From an uncultured Planctomycetota bacterium (lineage in GTDB: Bacteria; Planctomycetota; Planctomycetia; Isosphaerales; Isosphaeraceae), in the NCBI GenBank assembly GCA_963818975.1, contig CAWFUI010000015.1, positions 230,979-294,978 of the forward strand: a stretch of 64,000 bases of DNA. The letters run 5' to 3'. The translations under genes were made by a program, and so were the position numbers. Position 1 is the stretch's first letter. Each line of letters starts with the position of its first letter. The notes under the pieces were generated by a model. The model had not been told where the DNA came from and searched no databases. It worked only from the letters and a program-made list of their open reading frames with translations. Shown piece by piece: positions 21,456 to 30,444 of this stretch.

Positions 21456-23379
21456 ATGGCTTCTGGACGTTACGACGCCGATTCGATCACCGTATTGGAA
21501 GGCCTGGAGGCCGTTCGCAAACGGCCTGGGATGTACATTGGAGGCGTCGACAAGGAGGGTCTGCACCACCTGCTTTGGGAGATCGTCGACAACTCTGTCG
21601 ACGAGGTGATGAACGGCCACGCCTCGAGGATCGTCGTCTCGATTGCCAAGGACCATCGCGCAGCGACCATCTCCGACAACGGCCGAGGCATTCCTGTCGA
21701 CATTGTACCCAAGACAGGGCTTAGTGCACTCGAAGTGGTCTTCACCAAACTCCACGCCGGGGGCAAGTTCGATAACGACGCCTACAAGGTGGCCGGTGGA
21801 CTGCACGGAGTGGGCGCCAGCGTCGTCAACGCGCTCTCAAAAAGCCTCGAAGCCGTCGTCAGGCGCGACGGCCGCACCTACACCCAGCGTTACCGTCGCG
21901 GAAAACCCTTGGGCCCTATCGAAAAGGGCGAGCCCGCGCGGGGAACGGGCACCACGGTCACCTTCTCTCCAGACCCCGAGATCTTCCGAGAAGTCGCAAT
22001 TCGACGTATTGCTTATTGCCGAACGTCTGGATGTGAAAACGTACTTGAATAAAGGTTTGGTGATCCAGCTCGTCGACGAGAAGACCGGCCAGACGACCGA
22101 ATTCCAGCATGCGGGCGGCGTTGTCGACTATCTCGACTCGATCAATAAAGAACGGGACGACCAGCGCGTCTCCCCTGCCCCTTTCGTGCTCGAGCGCGAA
22201 GACTCCGATGAAGGGATCAAGCTCTCGCTTGCCTTGGCTTGGACCGAGTCGACCGACGAGGTGTTGAGGTCTTTCGTTAACACGATTCCCACGCGCGACG
22301 GCGGCACTCACGAACAGGGCCTGAGGGATGCAGTGGGCGCCGCGATCAAACGGTTCATGAGCCATCACGACGTCGTCAAAAAGGGCATGGAGATCAAGGG
22401 CGAGGACATTCGCGAAGGACTCACGGCTGTCCTTTCGATCTTTGTCCACGAACCTCAGTTTCAAGGACAGACCAAGGGCAGACTGAACAATCCGGAGGTC
22501 AAGGCCCTGGTCGATTCGATGGTCAGGCCCAGGCTCGAGGACTATCTGCTCAAGAACAAGAGCATTGGCGACGCGATTGCAGACCGCGTGATTCGTGCAG
22601 CCAAGGCTCGCGAGGCGAGCCGAGCCGCGGCGTCCCAGGTTCGCAGAAAGACGGCGATCAGCGGCAAGCTCAATTTGCCTGGGAAGCTGCACGACTGCGA
22701 TTCGACCGATCCGGAGATCTCGGAGCTCTTCATCGTCGAGGGAGACTCGGCGGGAGGCTCTGCAAAACAAGGACGCGACCGCGACGTCCAGGCCATCCTT
22801 CCGCTAAAGGGCAAGGTCTTGAATGCCGAGCAAGCTGGCAAGGCCAAGGTGCTCGACAACAAGGAACTGACCGATATCGTCAGCGCCCTGGGCTGTGGAA
22901 TGGACGACCAGTATGACGTTGGCAGACTGCGCTATGGGAAGGTCATTCTCCTGACCGACGCCGACAGCGACGGCCACCACATCGCCACGCTCTTATTGAC
23001 CTTCTTCTACCGGCATCTTCCCGGTCTCTTCGAAGGCGGGAAGGTCTACCTGGCATGTCCACCGCTTTACAAAATCAGCCATGGACAGGAAACCCACTGG
23101 GCAGCCGACGACGCCAACAAGGCGAGGATCCTCGACTCTCTGCCCAAAAACGCGAAACCGAACATCACCCGGTTCAAGGGTCTTGGCGAGATGCCCGCGA
23201 AGCTCTTGTTCGAGACGACCCTCGACCCCCGCAGACGAAAACTCTTGAGGGTGGTCGTCCCCGACGACGACCGCCCCTACACCGAGAGCACAGTCAGCGA
23301 CCTGATGGGCAAAGAACCCGAAGCCAGGTTCAAGTTCATCATGGAAGAGGCGTATACGGCCAAGGATATTGATATCTAA
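21456..23379 (+). CDS. type IIA DNA topoisomerase subunit B (GyrB/ParE family); frameshift near 21985
   Basis: [26 protein letters not shown] (GHKL ATPase), then in the second frame [29 protein letters not shown] (Toprim) and ...[10 protein letters not shown]. Confidence 0.85.
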
Positions 23380-23464
23380 AACAACGGTTCTCGAGTTGGG
23401 TTTCACTTTGCGAAAGTACTTCTTGATAACCACCACCTTCCGCGTAGCGAGAGGCGGCCATGAC

Positions 23465-23505
23465 AACAAAAAAAGGCGCCGGCCGCGATCGGTCGACGCC
23501 CTTTG
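23465..23505 (-). terminator. putative intrinsic terminator for the minus-strand gene ending at 23533 (GC hairpin followed by a T7 run on the minus strand)
   Basis: The plus strand reads aaaaaaaGGCGCCGGCCGCGATCGGTCGACGCCCttt. Read on the minus strand this is a GC-rich imperfect stem followed by TTTTTTT. Confidence 0.35.
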
Positions 23506-23532
23506 TGAATTGATCAAATCCACTCGACAACG

Positions 23533-25011
23533 TCATTCTTTCTTGAGAGTCAAATCAACGGTCTCTGCGGTTCCAGGCGCCAGTTTGACGGTCCGGACGG
23601 CCGCAGCATAGCCCTTGGCCGTTGCGGTAAACGTTGCGTACTCCTCGGGAACGAGCGAGACGGTCTGGAACTCGCCGTCGCCGCGAGCAACGAGGTCAAC
23701 TGCAGCCGCGTCGGCTGAGTATGTCGCGGAGCGTCCATAAACGCCCTTCACGACAAGCTGCTCGGGACTTCCTCCGTCGATCGTTCGGACGCGAATTGTG
23801 GCGACGGCGGATTGTTGGACGACGAACCAGAGGTCGCGTACATCCTCGGTCAGTTTGCCGAGGGGATAGGCCCTCGAGAGGACGGGCGGGAGGTCCTCTT
23901 CGACACCCAAAGGCATTCTGCCTGCCCGCACGGCTTGGGCGCTCAAGAGCTCGATCGTCGCGTCGGCAAGCTCTCGCGGGACGATCACCTCGACGCGAGC
24001 GTCGTGCTGAACAGTGCGAATCGTTTGCCAAGTCGTCGATCCAAGCGAACCCTTGATGATTACGCTGAGTGCCTGAGGAGGCAGTTCCGATTTGATCCTG
24101 GCTTCGACCACCACAGCCTGCGTTGGCTTGAGCTCGATCGAAGGCGTATTGGACTTTTCAATGACCTCGACTCGTTTGGCGAGGTAGATCTTGGAGGTCG
24201 CTTCGCCGCCAGTCTCGTTGGATACTGGGGTTGGTTTGACGTCGTACACGCCCTGGGCAAGGTTGGCGATTTCGAAGACGCCAGACTCGTTTGTGACTGC
24301 CGAGCCATAGTTCAGGACATAGATGTGCACGTCCTGAGATAGCGGTTGATGCTCAGTGCTCGAGCCATAGATCTCGCTCGCCACAACTTGCCTGTTGGCG
24401 ATGGGCCTCCCTTGCTCGTCCCTGAGCGTCCCTTTGATGGAATGTCCTTGAGGCAAGACGATCGAGCCTGCGTCTCCGCTGGGCGCCTCGACAAACGCTC
24501 TGACCTTATTGGCCAAGCCCTTCGATAGATCGTTCGACCCAACAACAAGCATATAGCGATCGCCCGCGGCGGTTGGACCGAACTCGAACGTGCCATCAGG
24601 ATTGGCGTATCGGAAGCCGAGCTGACTGTATCCGGATTTGCCTTTGCTCGCGACAAAGACATGTACGTTCGCATTAGGTACCGGCTTGCCAGCGGAATCG
24701 ACGACCGTTCCCCGAGGGCCATGGGTCTCTTCCATGACGAGATGCTGGTAGAACGGCTGGTCGCCGCGCTTGCGGTCCTCGATGATCTTGCCAATCGTCT
24801 CGCCTTGAACGACCGCTCGGCCGTAGCTGGTTGCGTGCGTCATTTCGAGGCGCAAGACATTCTTGGGATTTCCCGTGACCGAGGGAGGCAGCGTAAAGAC
24901 AAACTCGCCTTTTTCGTTCGAGAAGGCCGAGGAGTTGCCGTCGCCGCCGCGGATCGGCTTGAGCACGTCGGGATGGAGAACGTCCGGCCTCTCGAACGCA
25001 AAGACTTTCAC
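23533..25011 (-). CDS. secreted carboxypeptidase-regulatory-like domain (CarbopepD_reg/Cna-B-like beta-sandwich) repeat protein
   Basis: 492 aa with repeated GxVxDxxGxPxxxAxV beta-sandwich modules (e.g. GTVVDSAGKPVPNANVHVF and GTLRDEQGRPIANRQVV). It is the last gene of the blaI and blaR1 operon. Confidence 0.6.
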   Translation of the reverse strand: MKVFAFERPDVLHPDVLKPIRGGDGNSSAFSNEKGEFVFTLPPSVTGNPKNVLRLEMTHATSYGRAVVQGETIGKIIEDRKRGDQPFYQHLVMEETHGPRGTVVDSAGKPVPNANVHVFVASKGKSGYSQLGFRYANPDGTFEFGPTAAGDRYMLVVGSNDLSKGLANKVRAFVEAPSGDAGSIVLPQGHSIKGTLRDEQGRPIANRQVVASEIYGSSTEHQPLSQDVHIYVLNYGSAVTNESGVFEIANLAQGVYDVKPTPVSNETGGEATSKIYLAKRVEVIEKSNTPSIELKPTQAVVVEARIKSELPPQALSVIIKGSLGSTTWQTIRTVQHDARVEVIVPRELADATIELLSAQAVRAGRMPLGVEEDLPPVLSRAYPLGKLTEDVRDLWFVVQQSAVATIRVRTIDGGSPEQLVVKGVYGRSATYSADAAAVDLVARGDGEFQTVSLVPEEYATFTATAKGYAAAVRTVKLAPGTAETVDLTLKKE

Positions 25012-26746
25012 CTCGGCGCCTTTGACGGGCTTGCCTGTCGACTTGTCGAGCAGCTTGCCAACCAGGTCCAGAGTGGCGCGGGGACGAGCTCGAAGCGCTC
25101 AAAGAACGCGGGCTTGCCGTACACGCGGTCCTGCAAGACCTGAATGAACGGTACCGTCACGTCCTCGCGCGGAATGTAGTCGGTGGCGTGCCAAACGTCG
25201 ATCCGCATCAGTCCATTGTTCCACGACTGCAACTGGCCAAACTTCGCCGGTATCGAGAAGGCATACTTGCCGTGCTTGTCGGTCTTGGTTTGCGATTGGG
25301 CCAAGGTCGGCCGGACCTGCGGGGTGCTCGTCGCGCAGCCCATGGGGTTGTAAGGGAACATCGAGACGACCACCTGGGCGTCCGCGACGGGCAGACCAGT
25401 CGCCTTGTCGACAATGACTCCTTCGAACTGCATCGGCGCCGGCTCGGGCTCTGGTTTCGCCAAGTCGTTTCCATTGACAACGACGTTCGTGTTGATCAGT
25501 GGGTCCGACGCCGGCGTCGGCGGCGGCGGAGCAAGAATACCCGCCATGGCTGGCTTCGAGGTCGATCGCTCGAGCGAGACCTGCTTCGATAGGACCGTGG
25601 ACGCCGGCCTCGGCGTCGTCGGAGGGGCAATCTGCTGGGCAATCGTCTTGCCAGCGGGCAGCAAGCTCGAGCCCACCACCAAGACGAAAGCGGATGCAAA
25701 AGCCGCCAGGCCCCAGGCCCGCGGACATCGCTTCTCGATAACAAAATTGGAAGAAATAATCATGTGAACTCTCCTAGAAAGATGAGACGGATAAGAACCG
25801 AGCCCCAGAGGGGCCAAGGCGCGGACGGGATCCAAACGTCGGGCGGCGGCGACCAAAAACGCCGCGTAATCCTCCGCCGACGCCGCGAGCTCGGTTGCAC
25901 GCGCGTCGGCAATAAAGTCTTGATAAAGGCGAATCCGGTCGCGGACGATCCATGCCAGCGGGTTGTACCAGAAGGCGAGCTGGGCGATATTCGCGAGGTG
26001 CCAGGTCCAGACGTCGTTGTGCTCGACGTGCGACCATTCGTGCGCAGCGCCAGTGCTACGGATCGCTCGCTTTCGTTCTCCCAGCTCCGCGGCAAGACGA
26101 TCGTGGGCCTGCGAAGACCGATGGTGATCGGCAGCCGTATTGCGTCGTTCTCGAGCAAGAGGGCCTTGTCGGTCGCCCCACTCGCGATCGATCTCAGGGC
26201 AGTCGAGATCCTCCCTTCGCATTTCCTGCTTCTCTTGCGGATACGCTCCAAGCCGGCCAAACCAAAGAGACGCACGCAAGCGAGAACGAACAGGCCCGAA
26301 AGATAAACCACTGTCAAACGCTTGGAAGGAAGACTTGAACGCGACCGGGTCTTGCCGATCGAACCAACCGAATCGAACTTCGGTTCACGCGGCGTGGGAT
26401 TCATCGCCAGGTCATCGGAGGAGCTATATGTATGAAAATGTTCGGTTCCATCGCAATGGCAGATGTACCTTCGTTGGGCGCTGGGCGCGTCGCCCGCCTT
26501 TTTTGGGGAACCTTGCGGATTGACGAATCCTGGGCGTAGGGTTGCAAGGATGCTCGCCTGAACCGCGGAAGACGCAAGCGCCAGCAATGGGCAGGCGATC
26601 AAGCCCGCCGCGGCGAGCTCGAGGATCCTCAACTTGCGCGCGGGCTGACGAAAGAGATGAGTCGCCGCGAGCCCCGAGAGACAAATGACGAAACCCACGA
26701 TCGCTGTGTTAGCCAGCCAGCTCTCTGGATCGAAGAAGTGGATCAT
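25008..26746 (-). CDS. BlaR1/MecR1-like peptidase M56 family signal transducer (membrane); apparent frameshift near 26080
   Basis: N-terminal TM region MIHFFDPESWLANTAIVGFVICLSGLAATHLF. In the second frame, HEWSHVEHNDVWTWHLANIAQLAFWYNPLAWIVRD gives the HExxH plus WxNPL M56 signature. Confidence 0.8.
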
Positions 26747-26747
26747 C

Positions 26748-27158
26748 TCACTGGCCCCCCTTGCCTTTTGAAGTCGCTCGCGAGGTTTTCTTTTTCTTGG
26801 CTTCCGCGACCAGTTCCTCGAGTTTGTCGAGCTCTTGGGTGGAGACGCTGCGCGACGACAGCAGCGAAAGGACGAGCTGATCCACAGCGCCATCGAAGAC
26901 TCTGTCCAGGAACCTCGAGCTCACGCGATCTCGGCTGTAGAGCGGGCGATAATAGAACGTCCTTCCCTCGTGTCGATGGGCGACCAATCCTTTCTCGTCC
27001 ATGATCCTCAGGAGCGTCTGGACCGTATTGAAAGCAAGCTCGCCGTTGGGGCACATGCGTTCGCGCACCTGACGCACGCTCGACTCGCCCAATTCCCAGA
27101 GCACCTTCAAGATTTCGAGCTCGCGCTCGCTGGGCGTCGTCTCCGACACTGGAACCAC
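26748..27158 (-). CDS. BlaI/MecI/CopY family transcriptional repressor
   Basis: SERELEILKVLWELGESSVRQVRERM...FNTVQTLLRIMDEKGLVAHRHEGRTFYYRP (winged helix of penicillinase-repressor family). It sits immediately upstream of the M56 gene. Confidence 0.85.
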   Translation of the reverse strand: MVPVSETTPSERELEILKVLWELGESSVRQVRERMCPNGELAFNTVQTLLRIMDEKGLVAHRHEGRTFYYRPLYSRDRVSSRFLDRVFDGAVDQLVLSLLSSRSVSTQELDKLEELVAEAKKKKTSRATSKGKGGQ

Positions 27159-27369
27159 CCTTTCTCTTGATTCACTTGGCTATACCTAACTTACTAGGTT
27201 AGGTTATCGTGCCGTTCGATTGAAGTCAAGCGACGGAACTAAAAAGAACGCGACGGGCGAAATGGAGGTCGATCAGTTCTTTTCGAGAACGTGCGCCTAG
27301 AATAGTATTGGTCGCGGCTATTTGCTCGGAATCGGCGACGTCTCGAATGCAATCGGCTGACGTTCCGCG

Positions 27370-29061
27370 ATGGCAACCTGGAGTTTGAGCATGCCTGTGG
27401 CAAAATCGGCGCCCGCGAGAGTCGAAACCTCGGTTACTACGGTTGGTCAATATGTGATTGATCGTTTGATGGAGCTTGGGGTCAAGCACGTTTTTGGGAT
27501 CCCTGGGGACTACGTTCTGGGGCTTTATAAGCTGCTGGAGGAGAGCCCCATCGATGTAGTGGGCATGACTCGAGAGGACTGCGCCGGCTTCGCGGCGGAT
27601 GCGTATGCGCGCGTGCACGGCCTCGGCTGCGTGTGCGTGACGTATTGCGTGGGCGGCCTCTCCCTTTGCAATAGCATCGCCGGGGCGTACGCCGAGAAGT
27701 CTCCGGTTGTGGTTCTCTCCGGGTCTCCTGGAGTGTCCGAACGCGCCAGGAATCCGCTCTTGCACCACAAGGTGCGAGATTTTTCGACCCAGCTCGAGGT
27801 CTTCGAAAAAATAACCGTCGCCCAAACGGTGATCGACGACCCAGCTCGCGCCTTTTCGGAAATCGATCGCGTGCTCGGCGCCGCCTTGAGGTACAAGAGG
27901 CCCGTTTATATCGAATTCCCACGCGATCAGGTGTTGATCGAGCAACCTGTATTGGCCGGCAAATCGATCGGCATTCCCCCTTCGGACGCAGACGCTCTGC
28001 GCGAGAGCCTGGACGAAGCCTGCGCCATGCTCTCGTCGGCCAAACGGCCCGTCATTCTGGCCGACGTCGAGATCCACCGCTTCGGCCTTCAAGAAGAGCT
28101 CGTGGCTCTGGCGGAGGAGATGGGAATCCCGATCGCCACCACCATCCTCGGTAAGAGCGTCATATCCGAATCCCACCCACTCTTCGTGGGGGTTTACGAA
28201 GGCGCGATGTGCAGGGAAGAGGTGACTCGCTGCGTCGAGGAGGCCGACTGCCTGCTGATGCTTGGCTGTTTCCTCTCGGACATCAACATGGGGATTTTCA
28301 CCGCCCAGATCGATCCATCGAGATGCATCAACGCCACAAGCGAAGATCTGCAAATTCGGCATCACCATTATCACGACGTGAGGTTGGACGATTTCATCTC
28401 CGGTCTCAGGCTTCGCAAACCCAAGACCGTGCGAAATCTGCCTCCGCCAAGGCCGGCCGCCGACGCGCTCTGGAAGGCCAAGAACGGGCAAAAGGTCACT
28501 TCCGCACGCTTGTTCGAGCGGTTGAACCTTTTTTTGGCCGATCAGATGGTCGTCATCGCCGACATCGGAGATTCGCTTTTTGGATCGGTCGACCTCTCGA
28601 CTTCCGGGCACACCGAGTTCATAAGCCCCGCGTACTATACGTCTATGGGCTTTGCGGTTCCGGCGGCGGTCGGAGTGGGCGCCGCCCGCCCCGACGCCAG
28701 GGCTCTGGTCATCGTCGGCGACGGCGCGTTCCAGATGACCGGACTCGAGCTTTCCACAATTGCTCGCATGAAGATGAATCCAATCGTTATCGTCATGAAC
28801 AACCGAGGCTATACCACCGAACGTTTCCTGCTGGAAGGCGATTACAACGACATCCATGTATGGAACTATCATAAAATGCCAGAGCTCTTGGGCGTTGGAT
28901 TGGGGCTCGAGGTTCGCACCGAGCAGGAGCTCGACGCCGCTCTCGAGAAGGCTTTGGCGAACGTCGAGAGCTACAGTCTGCTGAACATCCACCTCGACCC
29001 GATGGACCGGAGCCCCGCGCTCGAGCGGTTGGCCCAGCGGCTTTCGAAGGTGATTCGCTAG
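27370..29061 (+). CDS. thiamine-diphosphate-dependent 2-keto-acid decarboxylase (indolepyruvate/phenylpyruvate/pyruvate decarboxylase family)
   Basis: [11 protein letters not shown] (Pyr domain) and GDSLFGS...[62 protein letters not shown] (TPP-binding GDG-X24-NN motif). About 563 aa, typical of IPDC/PDC. Confidence 0.85.
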   Translation: MATWSLSMPVAKSAPARVETSVTTVGQYVIDRLMELGVKHVFGIPGDYVLGLYKLLEESPIDVVGMTREDCAGFAADAYARVHGLGCVCVTYCVGGLSLCNSIAGAYAEKSPVVVLSGSPGVSERARNPLLHHKVRDFSTQLEVFEKITVAQTVIDDPARAFSEIDRVLGAALRYKRPVYIEFPRDQVLIEQPVLAGKSIGIPPSDADALRESLDEACAMLSSAKRPVILADVEIHRFGLQEELVALAEEMGIPIATTILGKSVISESHPLFVGVYEGAMCREEVTRCVEEADCLLMLGCFLSDINMGIFTAQIDPSRCINATSEDLQIRHHHYHDVRLDDFISGLRLRKPKTVRNLPPPRPAADALWKAKNGQKVTSARLFERLNLFLADQMVVIADIGDSLFGSVDLSTSGHTEFISPAYYTSMGFAVPAAVGVGAARPDARALVIVGDGAFQMTGLELSTIARMKMNPIVIVMNNRGYTTERFLLEGDYNDIHVWNYHKMPELLGVGLGLEVRTEQELDAALEKALANVESYSLLNIHLDPMDRSPALERLAQRLSKVIR

Positions 29062-29082
29062 AGTTTGGGCGAAGGAGGTTCG

Positions 29083-29820
29083 ATGAGCGGCCTCTTGATC
29101 AGCGTCAGAGACGCGGGAGAAGCCTTGACGGCCCTGCGAGGAGGGGCCGACGTGATCGACGTCAAGGAACCCGCGAGGGGCGCCCTCGGGCGCGCCGACG
29201 CAGGCGTTTGGACACTCGTGCGCCAGGCGATTGGTCCAGACGCGCCGATGAGCGCTGCGCTGGGCGAATTGACTGAATGGCTCAACCCACTGGACGACAT
29301 CGAAAAGATCAAAGCCGAGCTTGGTTCGGTTGCCTTTTGCAAGCTTGGCTTGGCTGGCTGCTTGTTTAAAAAATGGCGGCAAGAGTGGCGCGGATTGAGA
29401 CAATCGCTCCCCGCGACCTTGAAGTGGGTGGCGGTCGCGTATGTAGACCACGCGGCGGCCCACGCGCCTGACCCACGCGAGGTGGTCGACGAGGCGAACC
29501 GATCGGCGGATATCGCGGGCGTGCTGTTCGACACGTTCGATAAGGCTTCGGGCTCGATCGACCGAGCAAGCCACATGCTGTTCGAATGCGCCCGCCTTGC
29601 GAAGAGCGCGGGGCGGTTCGTCGTCGCCGCCGGCTCCTTGAACAAGCAATTGATCGAACGGTTCGACGCCTTCGAGCCCGATCTCTTCGCCGTGCGAGCC
29701 GCGGCGTGCGAAGCCGGGGGCCGGGAGGGCGCCGTCCAGATCCACCGCGTTCGTGAATTGAAACAAGCAGTGCTGGCGCGAGAAGGTGTTGTGATACAAA
29801 GTAAAAATGAATACGTTTAA
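29083..29820 (+). CDS. DUF556 / MfnB-like protein ((5-formylfuran-3-yl)methyl phosphate synthase family, class I aldolase fold)
   Basis: LLISVRDAGEALTALRGGADVIDVKEPARGALG...KLGLAG...VAVAYVD...VLFDTFDKASGSI...VAAGSL...FAVRAAACEAGGREGAV follows the archaeal MfnB pattern (LLVSP...GGADIIDVKNP.EGSLG...KVGLYG...VAAGYAD...LDTA.KDG...ALAGSI...GVRGAAC..GDR.G.I). An alternative start is at 29065. Confidence 0.7.
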   Translation: MSGLLISVRDAGEALTALRGGADVIDVKEPARGALGRADAGVWTLVRQAIGPDAPMSAALGELTEWLNPLDDIEKIKAELGSVAFCKLGLAGCLFKKWRQEWRGLRQSLPATLKWVAVAYVDHAAAHAPDPREVVDEANRSADIAGVLFDTFDKASGSIDRASHMLFECARLAKSAGRFVVAAGSLNKQLIERFDAFEPDLFAVRAAACEAGGREGAVQIHRVRELKQAVLAREGVVIQSKNEYV

Positions 29821-29838
29821 ATAACGAGTAATAGAATA

Positions 29839-30345
29839 ATGATGGACGAGAGCCCTGTTCCAATCACCCTGCTCGAGCGCCGTACGATCGAGGCTGGGAT
29901 CGCGGCTCCGCTCATCCGCGCGTTTGCCGAGGAAGTCGGCCGGGAAAAAGCACTCGAGATCGTCAGAGGCGTGGTTTCGAAACTCGCACGCGAAAGCGGC
30001 GCCGAGCTCGCCGCATCGGTTGGCGAAGCGACTCTCCAGGCCTTCGCGAAGACCCTCGGCCGTTGGAGCGAGGGAGGAGCCCTCGAGATCGACGTGCTCG
30101 AGGGCAACGAAAACGAGCTCTCGTTCAACGTCACCCGCTGTATGTATGCGGAAATGTACAAGGTGCTTGGCCTTGCCGACCTTGGCTCTTCGCTCTCCTG
30201 CGTTCGCGATTTTGAGCTCGCTCGAGGATTTAACGCCGATATCACGCTCGCACGCACGCAAACAATAATGCAAGGATCGAGTCATTGCGACTTTCGGTTC
30301 AAGCTCGAGAAGACCAAGTGCGACCAAGAGATAAGTAAATCCTGA
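29839..30345 (+). CDS. ATC-hydrolase-like (L-2-amino-thiazoline-4-carboxylate hydrolase family, PF14196-like) small protein
   Basis: 168 aa: ...NVTRCMYAEMYKVLGLADLGSSLSCVRDFELARGFNADITLARTQTIMQGSSHCDFRF. The conserved Cys pattern and C-terminal CDFRF fit my recollection of this family, so this is a tentative family-level call. Confidence 0.5.
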   Translation: MMDESPVPITLLERRTIEAGIAAPLIRAFAEEVGREKALEIVRGVVSKLARESGAELAASVGEATLQAFAKTLGRWSEGGALEIDVLEGNENELSFNVTRCMYAEMYKVLGLADLGSSLSCVRDFELARGFNADITLARTQTIMQGSSHCDFRFKLEKTKCDQEISKS

Positions 30346-30444
30346 ATAAAACGGTCTGGCGAGCGAATCTTCTACTCGACCGAGGGCCGTTGGCCTCGTA
30401 TGGCTGCGGCGGTCCGGGTTTGTGTTATAGAAGAGGTCCCTTGA

